DNA of 64,000 bases from Candidatus Poriferisodalis sp. (GTDB lineage Bacteria > Actinomycetota > Acidimicrobiia > Acidimicrobiales > Poriferisodalaceae): the NCBI RefSeq assembly GCF_965198245.1, contig NZ_OZ240249.1:1244200-1308199 (forward strand). The letters run 5' to 3'. Each line of letters starts with the position of its first letter. Position 1 is the stretch's first letter. Positions 1-10,179 of the stretch are shown piece after piece. The notes below the pieces were generated by a model, which was not told the DNA's origin, did not search any database, and saw only the letters and a list, made by a program, of their open reading frames with translations. The position numbers were made by a program, and so were the translations under genes.

Positions 1-687
1 GCACTCATCTGCCCACTCACCGAGCTGAGCCTCGGCGACGGTGCGCACCTCGGCCACCTCACCGTGCAGGAACTCGGCGCTGCCGCGTGGCAGCTCGTCA
101 ACCACTGCTCGGACGTGGGCCGGGATGCCAACCTGCGGATTGGGCACGTGGCGATGGGCGGCGCGTATGCCCGTGCCCGCATCGGCACGGACATGACGGG
201 TCGTGGCGGCCACAGCGAGATCGACGCTGTGTATTTCGGCCGTGGTACTTCCACGCTCGACTTCCGCACTTTCCAGACCCACGTGGCACCCCACACCACC
301 TCTGACCTGTTGTTCAAGGGGGCGGTCGACGACCACGCCCGGGTGGTCTACACCGGGCTGATCCGTATCGAGGCCGATGCCTTCCATGTCGTGGCTGAGC
401 AGACCAACCGGAATCTGAAGCTGTCGCCGCATGCGTGGGCCGAGTCGGTGCCGAACCTCGAGATCGAGAACAACGACGTGCAGTGCAGCCACGCCTCCTC
501 GACCGGTCCCGTCGACGCTGACCAGCGCTTCTACCTCGAGAGCCGTGGCGTGCCGACCGACGTGGCCGAGGCACTCGTGGTGCGGGGCTTCTTCGACGAG
601 GTCCTCGACGCGCTGCCGTCACAGCAGATCTCTGCGTCGGTGCGCCGGCGCATCGATGAACTGGTATCCCCGGCAGGGGCGTCATGA
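1..687 (+). CDS. sufD: Fe-S cluster assembly protein SufD, C-terminal part (5' end lies upstream of the window)
   Basis: Frame 1 is open from nt 1, so the listed ORF 64..687 is only the first Met. SufB/SufD-type C-terminus (LLFKGAVDDHARVVYTGLIRI, EQTNRNLKLS, LEIENNDVQCSHASSTGPVD, QRFYLESRGV). Followed by Rieske and sufC genes with 4-nt ATGA overlaps, as in actinobacterial suf operons. Confidence 0.8.
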   Translation, partial: ALICPLTELSLGDGAHLGHLTVQELGAAAWQLVNHCSDVGRDANLRIGHVAMGGAYARARIGTDMTGRGGHSEIDAVYFGRGTSTLDFRTFQTHVAPHTTSDLLFKGAVDDHARVVYTGLIRIEADAFHVVAEQTNRNLKLSPHAWAESVPNLEIENNDVQCSHASSTGPVDADQRFYLESRGVPTDVAEALVVRGFFDEVLDALPSQQISASVRRRIDELVSPAGAS

Positions 688-1012
688 GCGAAGCAGTCGA
701 GGTCCGCACCGTGGTGCTGTGCCAGCAAGATGATGTGCCTGACGGCGAAGCCCGACGCTTCGATGTCGACGGTCATCGCATCGCGCTCGCTCGCATCGGC
801 GACGACTTCTATGCCATCGGCGATCGATGCACCCACCAGAACTACTCGTTGGCCGACGGCTGGGTCTGGCCCGAAGAATGCGCGCTGGAGTGCCCTCAGC
901 ACTCGTCGAGCTTCGACCTGCGCACCGGGCGGCCGAATTGCTTCCCCGCCACCCAGCCCGTGCCGGTCTACGAGATACGCACTCAAGGCGAAGGCGTAGC
1001 GGTGGTGCTGCC

Positions 1013-1016
<4 letters not shown>
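684..1016 (+). CDS. Rieske [2Fe-2S] ferredoxin-like protein embedded in the suf operon
   Basis: 110 aa with both Rieske boxes (CTHQNYSL and CPQHSSSF). Overlaps the sufD stop and the sufC start by 4 nt each. Confidence 0.8.
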
Positions 1017-1903
<887 letters not shown>

Positions 1904-2133
1904 GCGCCGCTGAATCTTGCTGAGAGGCCGCGCGCACAGGTGAACCTTTCCGTTGTCGCACCAGTCATTTCCCGCTCTTGTTCCCAGTTTCGATTCGATA
2001 CGGGCTCACGGGCCGCTCGGGCCACGGCTTCGCCTATCGGCTCAGCCTCTGGACGCGAGCGGCAGAGCGCGCTTTCGATGTGCCTGCCGGTTGGTGTTGA
2101 CTGGGCAAGGGGAAACATGGGGAGGATGATCCA

Positions 2134-2430
2134 ATGGCACGAGAGCTGTTGTCGCAGGACGAACTTGCAGGACTGGCGGCCGATCTGGGGGAGTGGGCCG
2201 TGTCGGGCAGCGAATTGCGACGCACGTTCCGCTTCGGGAACTTCGTGGAGGCGTTCGGATTTATGACTTCTGCGGCCCTAGTGGCAGAGAAGATGAACCA
2301 TCACCCCAACTGGTCAAACGTGTACAGCACGGTGGAGGTCGCGCTGAACACTCACGACCGTGGCGGCGTGACCGAGCTGGACGCTGCACTGGCGCGCGCG
2401 ATGGACGGCTTGGCGGGCGGCGCAAGCTGA
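2134..2430 (+). CDS. Pterin-4-alpha-carbinolamine dehydratase (PCD/DCoH family)
   Basis: 98 aa with a typical PCD core: FRFGNFVEAFGFMTSAALVAEKMNHHPNWSNVYSTVEVALNTHD. Confidence 0.8.
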   Translation: MARELLSQDELAGLAADLGEWAVSGSELRRTFRFGNFVEAFGFMTSAALVAEKMNHHPNWSNVYSTVEVALNTHDRGGVTELDAALARAMDGLAGGAS

Positions 2431-2440
2431 TCGCTGTTCG

Positions 2441-2986
2441 ATGGCTCGCAGGCGCCTGAAGCGGCGCAAGAGGGGAGAACGGTCCGCAACTCCGCAGATG
2501 GTGGAGGGGACGATCGAATCGAAGCCCGGCGCGCGCCGCCTGCTGCATCAGCTCTTCGAAGCATGGGTGCGCCTGCGGCCGGCTCGGGTCACGCTCGGTG
2601 TGCGCGGACTCGTGGTCGACCCTAAAGGCCGGATCTGCTTGGTCCGCCACACCTACAGGGACGGCTGGTTCCTGCCAGGCGGCGGCGTGAAGCCACGTGA
2701 GACGCTCTCGGAGGCGGCAGCCAGAGAGCTGCGTGAGGAGACCGGCATTGTCGTTGCCGAGGCTCCCCGGAAGGTGCTCGGCGTGTACTCCTCGCGCCAT
2801 GGGCGTCGCAGCGACCACATCGTCGTGTTCGTCGTCACCGATTGGCGGGTTGAAGAGTCCGTCTCGCCGGAAATTGCCGAAGTGGCGTTCTTCCCTCCGG
2901 GCGAACTGCCGCCAGGCACGACGCCAGGCACCTCGCGCCGAATCTCCGAATGGATGACCGGAGTCCCACCCGGCCACCGCTGGTAG
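2441..2986 (+). CDS. NUDIX hydrolase
   Basis: Nudix box GGGVKPRETLSEAAARELREETGI. The true start may be the internal Met at 2498. Confidence 0.75.
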   Translation: MARRRLKRRKRGERSATPQMVEGTIESKPGARRLLHQLFEAWVRLRPARVTLGVRGLVVDPKGRICLVRHTYRDGWFLPGGGVKPRETLSEAAARELREETGIVVAEAPRKVLGVYSSRHGRRSDHIVVFVVTDWRVEESVSPEIAEVAFFPPGELPPGTTPGTSRRISEWMTGVPPGHRW

Positions 2987-3230
2987 AACGAACGACGTGA
3001 CGCGCCGGCACTGGAGTTCCGAAGACGGCAGCCGTGTCGAGATCATCGACCTTGGCTCCGAGGTGCTCAGAGTGCCTGTCGGGCGCTGGCATCGACTTCT
3101 CGGTGACCTCTTGAGCCATGACGATCACGCCGCCTTTGTGCTGACCCTGGACAACGATCCGAACCTTGCCACTACATGAGTCAGACGGACCTCGATGCTC
3201 GCTGTTGGAGCCGACCGCTCGGGCGTGAGT

Positions 3231-3245
3231 TATACTGTTTAGTAT
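3231..3245 (+). promoter_or_regulatory. Candidate -10 box (TATACT) overlapping a 5-bp inverted repeat (ATACT-gttt-AGTAT) immediately upstream of, and overlapping, the vapB start. Possible leaderless promoter or antitoxin operator.
   Basis: Read directly: gagtTATACTgtttAGTATGact. The ATG at 3244 lies 7 nt after the -10-like hexamer. TA operons are typically autoregulated at palindromes overlapping the promoter. Confidence 0.3.
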
Positions 3246-3531
3246 GACTCATCGGGTGGGGCCGAAGGGCCAAGTCGTGATTCCGAAGGAGATCCGTGAC
3301 CAACTCGGCATCCGACCGGGTGATCGTGTGAGCTTCTGGTGCGACGGCGACGCGGTGAGCGTGCGCCGCGTGACCGACCTTTCCTCATTGTTCGGCTGCT
3401 TGCCGAGCGAACCCGACTTGACCGAGGACTTGCTCGCAGAACGGCGAGCCGATCGTGAGCGTGAGGAAGCTCGCTTGGCCCGGTACGGGACATCGCTGGC
3501 CGATGACGAGACCGACGATCACTCTGGCTGA
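3244..3531 (+). CDS. vapB: AbrB/SpoVT/MazE-fold antitoxin (VapB-like)
   Basis: N-terminal swapped-hairpin motif VGPKGQVVIPKEIRDQLGIRPGDRVSF and an acidic C-terminal tail. Its stop overlaps the start of the PIN gene (TGATG). Confidence 0.8.
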   Translation: MTHRVGPKGQVVIPKEIRDQLGIRPGDRVSFWCDGDAVSVRRVTDLSSLFGCLPSEPDLTEDLLAERRADREREEARLARYGTSLADDETDDHSG

Positions 3532-3923
3532 TGGCGGTCGTGCTGGACGCTTGGCCGGTCATGCAGTTCATGCAGGGCAGGGAATCGCTTGAGCGCCGGA
3601 TGTCCGAGTTGCTCGAAGGCAGCGAAGCCGTGATGTCGTGGATCAACGTCGGCGAGGTGTACTACTCGACTCGGCGTCGCTGGGGATCGCCCCTCGCAGA
3701 TCGTGTGCTGCCCCGGCTCTTGGGAAACGTGACGGCTGAGATCCCAACCGCCTCACGAGTCATCGAGGCGGCGACGCTCAAGTCGGAGTATCGAATGTCC
3801 TATGCAGACGCGTTCGCTGCGGCCACCGCCGTGGCCCATGACGCCGAGCTCTGGACGGGTGACCCCGAGTTGCTCATTCCGGACGCGCCCTGGCGCTGGC
3901 GCGACCTCAGCGTAGAACTCTGA
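3531..3923 (+). CDS. vapC: PIN-domain toxin (VapC-like)
   Basis: 130 aa. Starts VVLDAWPVM (first acidic residue), later SYADAFAAATAVAHDAELWTGDPEL (PIN C-terminal acidic motif). Coupled to the upstream AbrB-type gene. Confidence 0.8.
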   Translation: MAVVLDAWPVMQFMQGRESLERRMSELLEGSEAVMSWINVGEVYYSTRRRWGSPLADRVLPRLLGNVTAEIPTASRVIEAATLKSEYRMSYADAFAAATAVAHDAELWTGDPELLIPDAPWRWRDLSVEL

Positions 3924-3924
3924 C

Positions 3925-3940
3925 GCGCTCGGTTGAGCGC
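3925..3940. terminator. Perfect 6-bp hairpin (GCGCTC-ggtt-GAGCGC) in the 26-nt gap between convergent vapC and the ACAD-like gene
   Basis: Read directly from the sequence. There is no U-tract, so this would be an I-shaped terminator as is common in high-GC actinobacteria. Confidence 0.35.
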
Positions 3941-3949
3941 CGCAAATCG

Positions 3950-5131
3950 CTAGAGGCGGGGGGTGCGGGGTGGGTGGCCCATGAGGATGCGGCCGTAACC
4001 TTCCAACGCTGGGTCGAGCGCGGTGATCGCGTGCATGTTGATGGCCTGCAGGTCGGCTTGGAAACGGCCGATGCGGTTGGTGTCGCGCACGCCGCGTCCC
4101 CCGGTTGCCAGGTAGAGCGTTTCTACGGCTTCCAGGCACCGTCGCACGGCGTACGCGCAGTCGAGCCGCACCCGTGCTCGCAGCCCGAGCTCCATGAACT
4201 CCCCGTTGCGTGCGGTCTCCATGATGAGCTCAGCGGCTCGCCGCAGCAGCAGCTCGCCCTGGTCGATGAGCGCATGAGACTCGGCGAACTGCCGGTGTGT
4301 CAGCGGCCAATCGGTTTGCAGCACGTCGACGTGGCTGATGACCTTGCCGTCTACTTCCTCCGCGAACGCTGCGAGCGATGCCCGGGCGGCACCGATCGCG
4401 ACCGGCGTGAGGGCGTACGCCAAAGTCGGCATGAGCGCGCTGCGCTGGATCCAACCCTGGTTGTGGGCCATGCCCGGGGTGTCGCCCGAAGCCAGCACCT
4501 CGCCGGGGACAAAATGGTGTTCGGGCACGAAGACGTCCTTGGCCACGATGCTGCTGCTGCCCGTGGCTCGCAGACCGCTGGCGTGCCAGTCGTCGAGGAA
4601 GGCGATGTCCTTGGCGGGCAGGACGAACATGCCCGAAATGGGCTCGCCGCCGTTTGGTGACGGGATGTGACCGCCCAGGACGACCCAGCCCGCGTGGTCG
4701 ATGCCCGACCCGAACGGCCAGAAGCCGTTGAGCGTCCAGCCTCCGTCGACCGGGACTGTGTCGCCACGATCGGTCAGCACTCCGGCGACGTAGGTGTCCG
4801 GACCGTCGGCGTAGATCTCCTCTTGGCAGGCACTGGGCCAGTGCCCTGCGAGCCAGGCGTGGGCATTGCCCACGCACGCCAGCCAGGCGGTCGAAGGGCA
4901 GCCCTCGGCTAGCGCCGCTTGCACTTCGAGGTAGGTGATCCAGTCGAGTTCCTGACCGCCATTGGCGCTCGGTTGGCCGATCGTGAGCAACTCGGCGGCC
5001 CGCAACTCGTCGATGGCGTCGGGGGCAATCTGACGGGCCCAGGGATCGGCCGCCGCTCGGGCGGCCAGCTTCGGAGCAACCTGCCGCGCCCGCTCGACGA
5101 GTTCAGCGCGGCGATCAGCCTGCTCAGTCAT
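3950..5131 (-). CDS. Acyl-CoA dehydrogenase-fold protein, probably a two-component flavin-dependent monooxygenase (HsaA/HpaH-C2-like)
   Basis: 393 aa with ACAD N/M/C layout. It has the WxxNGxWPFGSG middle-domain motif (WTLNGFWPFGSGIDHAGW) typical of the monooxygenase branch. Confidence 0.65.
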   Translation of the reverse strand: MTEQADRRAELVERARQVAPKLAARAAADPWARQIAPDAIDELRAAELLTIGQPSANGGQELDWITYLEVQAALAEGCPSTAWLACVGNAHAWLAGHWPSACQEEIYADGPDTYVAGVLTDRGDTVPVDGGWTLNGFWPFGSGIDHAGWVVLGGHIPSPNGGEPISGMFVLPAKDIAFLDDWHASGLRATGSSSIVAKDVFVPEHHFVPGEVLASGDTPGMAHNQGWIQRSALMPTLAYALTPVAIGAARASLAAFAEEVDGKVISHVDVLQTDWPLTHRQFAESHALIDQGELLLRRAAELIMETARNGEFMELGLRARVRLDCAYAVRRCLEAVETLYLATGGRGVRDTNRIGRFQADLQAINMHAITALDPALEGYGRILMGHPPRTPRL

Positions 5132-5155
5132 GGTCCCGCCTTATCGCTGTGTGCA

Positions 5156-5171
5156 GGCGGACCGATCCGCC
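5156..5171 (-). terminator. 6-bp hairpin (GGCGGA-ccga-TCCGCC) 8 nt downstream of the sufU stop
   Basis: Read directly. It is positioned at the end of the minus-strand sufC-sufS-sufU block. Confidence 0.3.
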
Positions 5172-5178
5172 GGAAGGC

Positions 5179-5673
5179 TCACTCCGCCCCGGATGTCTCG
5201 TCGAGGCCGCTGGCGAGCGCGTTCCAGCCCAGCGTCGCGCATTTGATTCTCACCGGGAACTTCACCACGCCCCGCAGCGCTTCCAAGTCGCCGAGTTGGA
5301 GCACTCCGCCGTTCGACGCCCCGCCGTCGCGATCGAGGGCCTCGGATCCGTCCCCACCGATGACTTCCTCGTGGATCGACATCATGGCCTTGAAGGCCCG
5401 GGTGAGATCACGGATCTCGTTAGCGGACTTGCCAATAACCGCGGAGGACATCATCGATGCCGATGCCTGGCTGATCGAGCAGCCCTGCCCGCCGACACGC
5501 AAGTCGGTCACCGTGTCGCCATCCATCTCGAAGGTCAGCACGACCTCGTCACCGCACAGGGGGTTGAATCCCTCGCTGCGGTGCGCCGGCGGGCTCTCCA
5601 GCTCGCCGCGGTTGCGCGGGTTCCGGTAGTGGTCGAGGATGATCTCCCGGTACAGGTCTTCGAGCCCAGCCAT
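5179..5673 (-). CDS. sufU: SufU/IscU-like Fe-S scaffold / sulfur acceptor
   Basis: LYREIILDHYRNPRNRGEL, NPLCGDEV, GQGCSISQASASMM, VKFPVRIKCATLGWNAL: the three conserved Cys of SufU. Confidence 0.9.
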   Translation of the reverse strand: MAGLEDLYREIILDHYRNPRNRGELESPPAHRSEGFNPLCGDEVVLTFEMDGDTVTDLRVGGQGCSISQASASMMSSAVIGKSANEIRDLTRAFKAMMSIHEEVIGGDGSEALDRDGGASNGGVLQLGDLEALRGVVKFPVRIKCATLGWNALASGLDETSGAE

Positions 5674-5704
5674 CGGGTTTCGTTCCGCCCCAGTCCTGTT
5701 GCCG

Positions 5705-6964
5705 CTAGCGGCCGAACAGTGCGCCGACTTCGTCGAGCGCCTCAGCCAGCGAATCTACGTCGGAAGTGTCGTTGTACACGTACAGCGATGCCCGCGTCGT
5801 GGCGGTGACGCCGAGGCATCGCATGAGCGGCTTGGCGCAGTGGTGTCCCGCCCGCACGCACACGCCGCTCTGGTCGAGCACTTGGGAGATGTCGTGGGGA
5901 TGCACGTCGCGGTACACGAACGACAGCACGCCGCCGCGCTGGGCCGGCTCCGATGGACCGTGCACGGTGATGTCGTCGCCATGGCGGTCCGTGAGCGTAC
6001 GCAGGGCATACCCGGTGAGGCTGACTTCGTGGGCGCGCACGGCGTCCATGCCGAGCCCTTCCAGGTACCGCACGGCGGCCCCGAGGCCCACGATCTCCGC
6101 GATAGGCGGGGTGCCGGCTTCGAACTTGTGGGGCACCGTGTTGGGCCGGAAGCCCTCCTTGGTGACGTCAAGGATCATCTCGCCGCCACCCAGGAACGGC
6201 GGCATGTCTTCGAGCAGATCGGAACGCGCCCACAGCACGCCCACACCGGTCGGGCCGCACATCTTGTGGCCGGTGAACACCATGAAGTCCGCGCCCAGAG
6301 CGCCCACATCGGTGGGCAGGTGAGGTACGTACTGGCTGGCGTCCACGCTGATCAGCGCGCCTGCGTCGTGGGCGGCGGCCGCGAGCCGGGGGATGGGATT
6401 CAGCGTGCCTAACACGTTGCTCATGGCGGTTACCGACAGCAGCTGCGCCCCATCGAGCAAGCGGTCTAGGTCCGTCAGGTCCAGGCAGCCGTCAGCGGTA
6501 ATCGGAATCCAGCGGATCTCGAAACCCCGCTCGGCGGCCAGGATGTGCCAGGGGACGATGTTGGCGTGGTGCTCCATCTCGGTGAGCACAATCGCATCAG
6601 CCGGGCCCAGGTTGGAGCCGCCCCATGAACGGGCCACCAGGTTCATGGCCTCGGTGGCGTTCTTGGTGAAGATGATTTCGTCGGCACTGGGTGCCGAAAT
6701 GAATCGAGCTACGTCAGCGCGGGCATTCTCCATCAGCTCGGTTGCCGCCGCTGCGATCTCGTACGCGCCGCGATGGACGTTGGCGTTGACGGTGCGGTAG
6801 TAGTCGTCCATGGCGTCGAGCACGGCCGCCGGCTTCTGCGACGACGCGGCAGAGTCCAGGTAGACGATCGGATGGCCGTGGACGCTGCGTTCGAGCAGTG
6901 GGAACTGCGCCTTGACTGTCGTGTCGATAGGGACGTCGATGGCGACGTCGCCCGCGGTGCTCAC
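5705..6964 (-). CDS. sufS: Cysteine desulfurase SufS (class II aminotransferase V)
   Basis: 419 aa. VYLDSAASSQKP, NANVHRG, PLP-Lys motif FTGHKMCGPTG, active-site loop RAGHHCAKP. 4-nt overlap with the upstream sufC. Confidence 0.9.
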   Translation of the reverse strand: MSTAGDVAIDVPIDTTVKAQFPLLERSVHGHPIVYLDSAASSQKPAAVLDAMDDYYRTVNANVHRGAYEIAAAATELMENARADVARFISAPSADEIIFTKNATEAMNLVARSWGGSNLGPADAIVLTEMEHHANIVPWHILAAERGFEIRWIPITADGCLDLTDLDRLLDGAQLLSVTAMSNVLGTLNPIPRLAAAAHDAGALISVDASQYVPHLPTDVGALGADFMVFTGHKMCGPTGVGVLWARSDLLEDMPPFLGGGEMILDVTKEGFRPNTVPHKFEAGTPPIAEIVGLGAAVRYLEGLGMDAVRAHEVSLTGYALRTLTDRHGDDITVHGPSEPAQRGGVLSFVYRDVHPHDISQVLDQSGVCVRAGHHCAKPLMRCLGVTATTRASLYVYNDTSDVDSLAEALDEVGALFGR

Positions 6965-7809
6965 GCCGCCGCCTTCTGCTCGAAGGGCTCGTAGCCGTCG
7001 CGTTCGAGTTCGGCAGCCAGTTCAGGACCGCCCGAGGCCACGATCCGCCCGTCGACCAGCACATGCACATGGTCGGGCTCGATCTCGCCGAGCAGGCGCT
7101 CGTAGTGGGTGATGAGCACGACGCCCATGTGCGGCCGCTCGGCGCGAACCTGCTGCAGACCAGTCGCGACCACCCGCAACGCGTCGATGTCGAGTCCCGA
7201 ATCGGTCTCGTCGAGCACTGCCACATCGGGCTCCAGCAGGGCCAGCTGCAGGATCTCGTTGCGCTTGCGCTCGCCGCCGCTGAACCCTTCGTTGAGGTAG
7301 CGGTCCATGAACGACTCGTCCATGCCGAGCCGTGACATCCATTCGCCCATGGCGACATAGATCTCGATGGCCGACACGTCTTCGCCACGGCGTGCCGAAA
7401 CTGCTTGGCGCAGGAAGTTGCGCACCGACACGCCGGGGATGTGCTGGGGGTACTGGAAGGCCAGGAACAGGCCGGCCTTGGAGCGGGCATCGGGATCCCA
7501 TTCGGAGATGTCGTCGCCTCGATACCGGATCTCACCGCCGGTGACCTGGTACTCGGGCGATCCCAAGATCGTGGTGGCCAGCGTCGACTTACCCGACCCG
7601 TTGGGGCCCATGATGGCGTGGCACTCGCCCGCGTTGACTGTCAGATCCACGCTCCGCAGGATCTGCGGCCCGTCGACAGCTCGGACACCCAAGCCGTCGA
7701 TCTCGAAGAGGGGTGCGCCCCCCGCAGCGTCCGGCGCAATGTCGGCTGCCGCGCCTCCCGGCGCCATATCGGCTGCCGAGCCTCCCGCCGCTGTGTCGCC
7801 CAATGCCAT
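6961..7809 (-). CDS. sufC: SufC ABC ATPase (paralog 2)
   Basis: Walker A GPNGSGKST, FSGGERKRNEILQL, VLDETDSGLDIDAL, ITHY. The start is uncertain: Met at 7809 or 7767. The N-terminal leader is encoded by an imperfect 27-bp duplication (7733..7759 / 7760..7786, 3 mismatches). The rest of the 375-aa listed ORF is Arg/Pro-rich and unlikely to be coding. Confidence 0.85.
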   Translation of the reverse strand: MALGDTAAGGSAADMAPGGAAADIAPDAAGGAPLFEIDGLGVRAVDGPQILRSVDLTVNAGECHAIMGPNGSGKSTLATTILGSPEYQVTGGEIRYRGDDISEWDPDARSKAGLFLAFQYPQHIPGVSVRNFLRQAVSARRGEDVSAIEIYVAMGEWMSRLGMDESFMDRYLNEGFSGGERKRNEILQLALLEPDVAVLDETDSGLDIDALRVVATGLQQVRAERPHMGVVLITHYERLLGEIEPDHVHVLVDGRIVASGGPELAAELERDGYEPFEQKAAA

Positions 7810-7891
7810 CAGACGCAGTGTATGGCTGACCCGAAATGCCCCAACCAGCGCCCCTGATGGAGATGGCGGGCGTCGCCGATCGCCTGCGCCG

Positions 7892-8737
7892 TCAACTGTG
7901 CCGGTCGCGCCTAGCTCGCTCGACGCGCTCGACGATCTGCTCCGAGCTGGATCGGATGGTGCGCATGGCTGCAGCCGCCAACTGCGTGGCGGCTTCGCCA
8001 AGGGTCGGTTCCGACGGCGTCGGAGAATCCGGGGCTTCGGGTTCTGGTTCGGACGCTTCAGGCTCGGCCGACGCGTCTGGTTGGGCATCGGAGACCCGCA
8101 TGAACCGCGCTGTCAGCACCCCGTACCGGCGTTCGGTGTTCGCGTGGTCGAACAAGATGTTCTGCTCGGCGCTCTGGTACGCGCCGTTGCCGAACTTTTC
8201 CAGACAGCGAAACGACTGGATGGCGAATTCGGGCGCGAAGTGCTCGACCACGTCCCAGTCGAAGCAGATCGGCTCTTGCGGCGTCGGGCGATCGTGCACG
8301 TCGGTGATCACGAGCAGCAATCCGCCGGGGGCAGTGAGACGCTTCATCTCGGCGATCGCAGCTTCGAGATCGTCGACGTGGTCGAGCGAGTTGAACGAGC
8401 AGACGATGTCGAAGCTGGCATCGGGATACGGGATTGTCTCCGCGCCGGCTGCGACGTACGTCATCGCGTGTTCGGCAGCTCCCATCTGCAGGTAATCGTC
8501 AGCCAGCGGATCCACGCCTACGCGTTCGCGGGCCATCGTTGCCCACTCCAGCGACCCCCGGGGGCCGCAGCCGATGTCGAGCACCCGCTTGTCGCGGTAG
8601 TCGTCGTGGGTCAGGCCGAAGTGATCGGTGTAGAAGCGCTCGAACCAGTAGTTATCGAGCTTCCCTTCGGCGTCCTTGCGTTTCGACCAGTAGGCCAGCT
8701 CGCCGACGCCCTTGCTGACAACTTCGCCCTCAGACAC
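7892..8737 (-). CDS. Class I SAM-dependent methyltransferase (Methyltransf_11-like) with an acidic Pro/Glu-rich C-terminal tail
   Basis: Motif I VLDIGCGPRG and post-I/II FDIVCSFNSLDHV. GTG start at 8737 (VSEGEVV) is preceded by GGGAG. The longer ORF to 9025 would overlap the upstream peptidase gene. Confidence 0.7.
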   Translation of the reverse strand: MSEGEVVSKGVGELAYWSKRKDAEGKLDNYWFERFYTDHFGLTHDDYRDKRVLDIGCGPRGSLEWATMARERVGVDPLADDYLQMGAAEHAMTYVAAGAETIPYPDASFDIVCSFNSLDHVDDLEAAIAEMKRLTAPGGLLLVITDVHDRPTPQEPICFDWDVVEHFAPEFAIQSFRCLEKFGNGAYQSAEQNILFDHANTERRYGVLTARFMRVSDAQPDASAEPEASEPEPEAPDSPTPSEPTLGEAATQLAAAAMRTIRSSSEQIVERVERARRDRHS

Positions 8738-8766
8738 CCGATCTCGCTCCCATTGCCCAAAGGACG

Positions 8767-10140
8767 CTAGTTCCAGAGGCTGTCGACCACGTCGAGCCAG
8801 AATTGAGTGGTCAGCGCGAGTGATTCGAGGTCGATGCGCTCGTCGTTGCCGTGGAAGCGGGCGCCATAGTCGCCGCCGTCCAGATCGGGGCTGAACAGAC
8901 CGGCCCCATAGGCCACAGCGCCCATGTCGCGGTACACGCGGGAGTCGGTGAATCCGATGATGAGCTGCGGGGTGAGCCGAGCAGTCGGGAACCGCCGCCC
9001 CACCGCCACCTGCAGCGCATCCCACAACGGAGTCTCGACCCGGCTCACCGAACCGGGATCGTTCATGATGATCTCAACCTCGACATCGTCTGCCAGGTCG
9101 CCGAGCGCCTCATCCAGTTGCGCCTGCACCTCCGCTGCGCCCTCACCCGGCAGCGTGCGCACATCCACCTCGATGTCGACGTGGTCGGGGATCACGTTGA
9201 TTTTCATCAACGTGGGCGCGCCGATGACGTTCGGCGAGAACGAGGTATGGGTGCACGAGTACAGGTGCGCTGCCACCGACGCGCTGGGATGGGCATCCAG
9301 CCAGTCCTCGATGAGTGCCTCGTCCAGCATGATCGCCCGGGTCTCGTCGTCGACACCGAGCGTGTCGACCTGTTCCCGCCACAGCTCATGGAACCTCGGC
9401 GGCGGGCGGTACTGCGAGATCCGGTGCACCACTGCGGCTGCCCTGACGAGGGCGTTTTCCTGCCGGAACGGTCGTGAGCCGTGCCCGGGCACGCCCCGTA
9501 CCCGCAGGCGCCGCCAGGCCACGCCCTTCTCACCCACGTTCATGCCGATGAAAGGAGCTTCGGGCGAGCCCGAGTGCAAACCGCCGTTCTCGGTCAGCAC
9601 GTAGTCGGCACCGATTGCATCGGGGTGGTTCTCGGCCATCCAGCGAGCCCCGTAGGCCGAGCCGGCCTCCTCGTCGGCGCAGGCGAAGTAGATGAGGTCG
9701 CCTTTGGGTCGGTAGCCCGTGTCGGCCATGTGCCGGAATGCCACCGCCATCGAGGACGTCAGGTTCAGCATGTCCACCGCGCCGCGGCCCCACACCTCGC
9801 CGTCGATGAGTTCGCCTCCGAAGGGGTCCCGGCTCCAGCCGTCGGGATTCACCGGCACCACGTCGGTGTGACCCATCAGGCACAGAGTGGGCGCATTCGG
9901 ATCGCTGCCTTCGATGCGGGTCACGAGCGACCGTCGGCCCGGCGCCGCATCGAACACCTCAAGATCCAGGCCTGCACCCTCCAGGTAGGCCTGAATGGTG
10001 TCGGAGTTGCGAACCTCGCCCCCGGACTCCGTTGTGCCGTAGTTCACGCACTCATTGCGGATCAGGGTCTGCAGCAGCTCGACGGTTTGGCCCGTGCGGC
10101 GATTCTCGTCGCTGGTCCCTGCAGTAAATGACTGGCTCAT
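8767..10140 (-). CDS. M20 family metallopeptidase (ArgE/DapE/CPG2-like)
   Basis: Start at Met154 of ORF 8767..10599 (MSQSFTAG). LCLMGHTDVVPV, DGEVWGRGAVDM, ADEEAGS and GHGS motifs of M20 dipeptidases. Confidence 0.8.
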   Translation of the reverse strand: MSQSFTAGTSDENRRTGQTVELLQTLIRNECVNYGTTESGGEVRNSDTIQAYLEGAGLDLEVFDAAPGRRSLVTRIEGSDPNAPTLCLMGHTDVVPVNPDGWSRDPFGGELIDGEVWGRGAVDMLNLTSSMAVAFRHMADTGYRPKGDLIYFACADEEAGSAYGARWMAENHPDAIGADYVLTENGGLHSGSPEAPFIGMNVGEKGVAWRRLRVRGVPGHGSRPFRQENALVRAAAVVHRISQYRPPPRFHELWREQVDTLGVDDETRAIMLDEALIEDWLDAHPSASVAAHLYSCTHTSFSPNVIGAPTLMKINVIPDHVDIEVDVRTLPGEGAAEVQAQLDEALGDLADDVEVEIIMNDPGSVSRVETPLWDALQVAVGRRFPTARLTPQLIIGFTDSRVYRDMGAVAYGAGLFSPDLDGGDYGARFHGNDERIDLESLALTTQFWLDVVDSLWN

Positions 10141-10179
10141 GGGCTGCAACCTAGGCGGTGCCTGTGATCGAATGACCCG

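Noticed and set aside
2997-3179. 60-codon ORF between the Nudix gene and vapB
   Set aside because: It has a GTG start, no recognisable motif and no RBS that I could see. It is too short to support as a gene from sequence alone.
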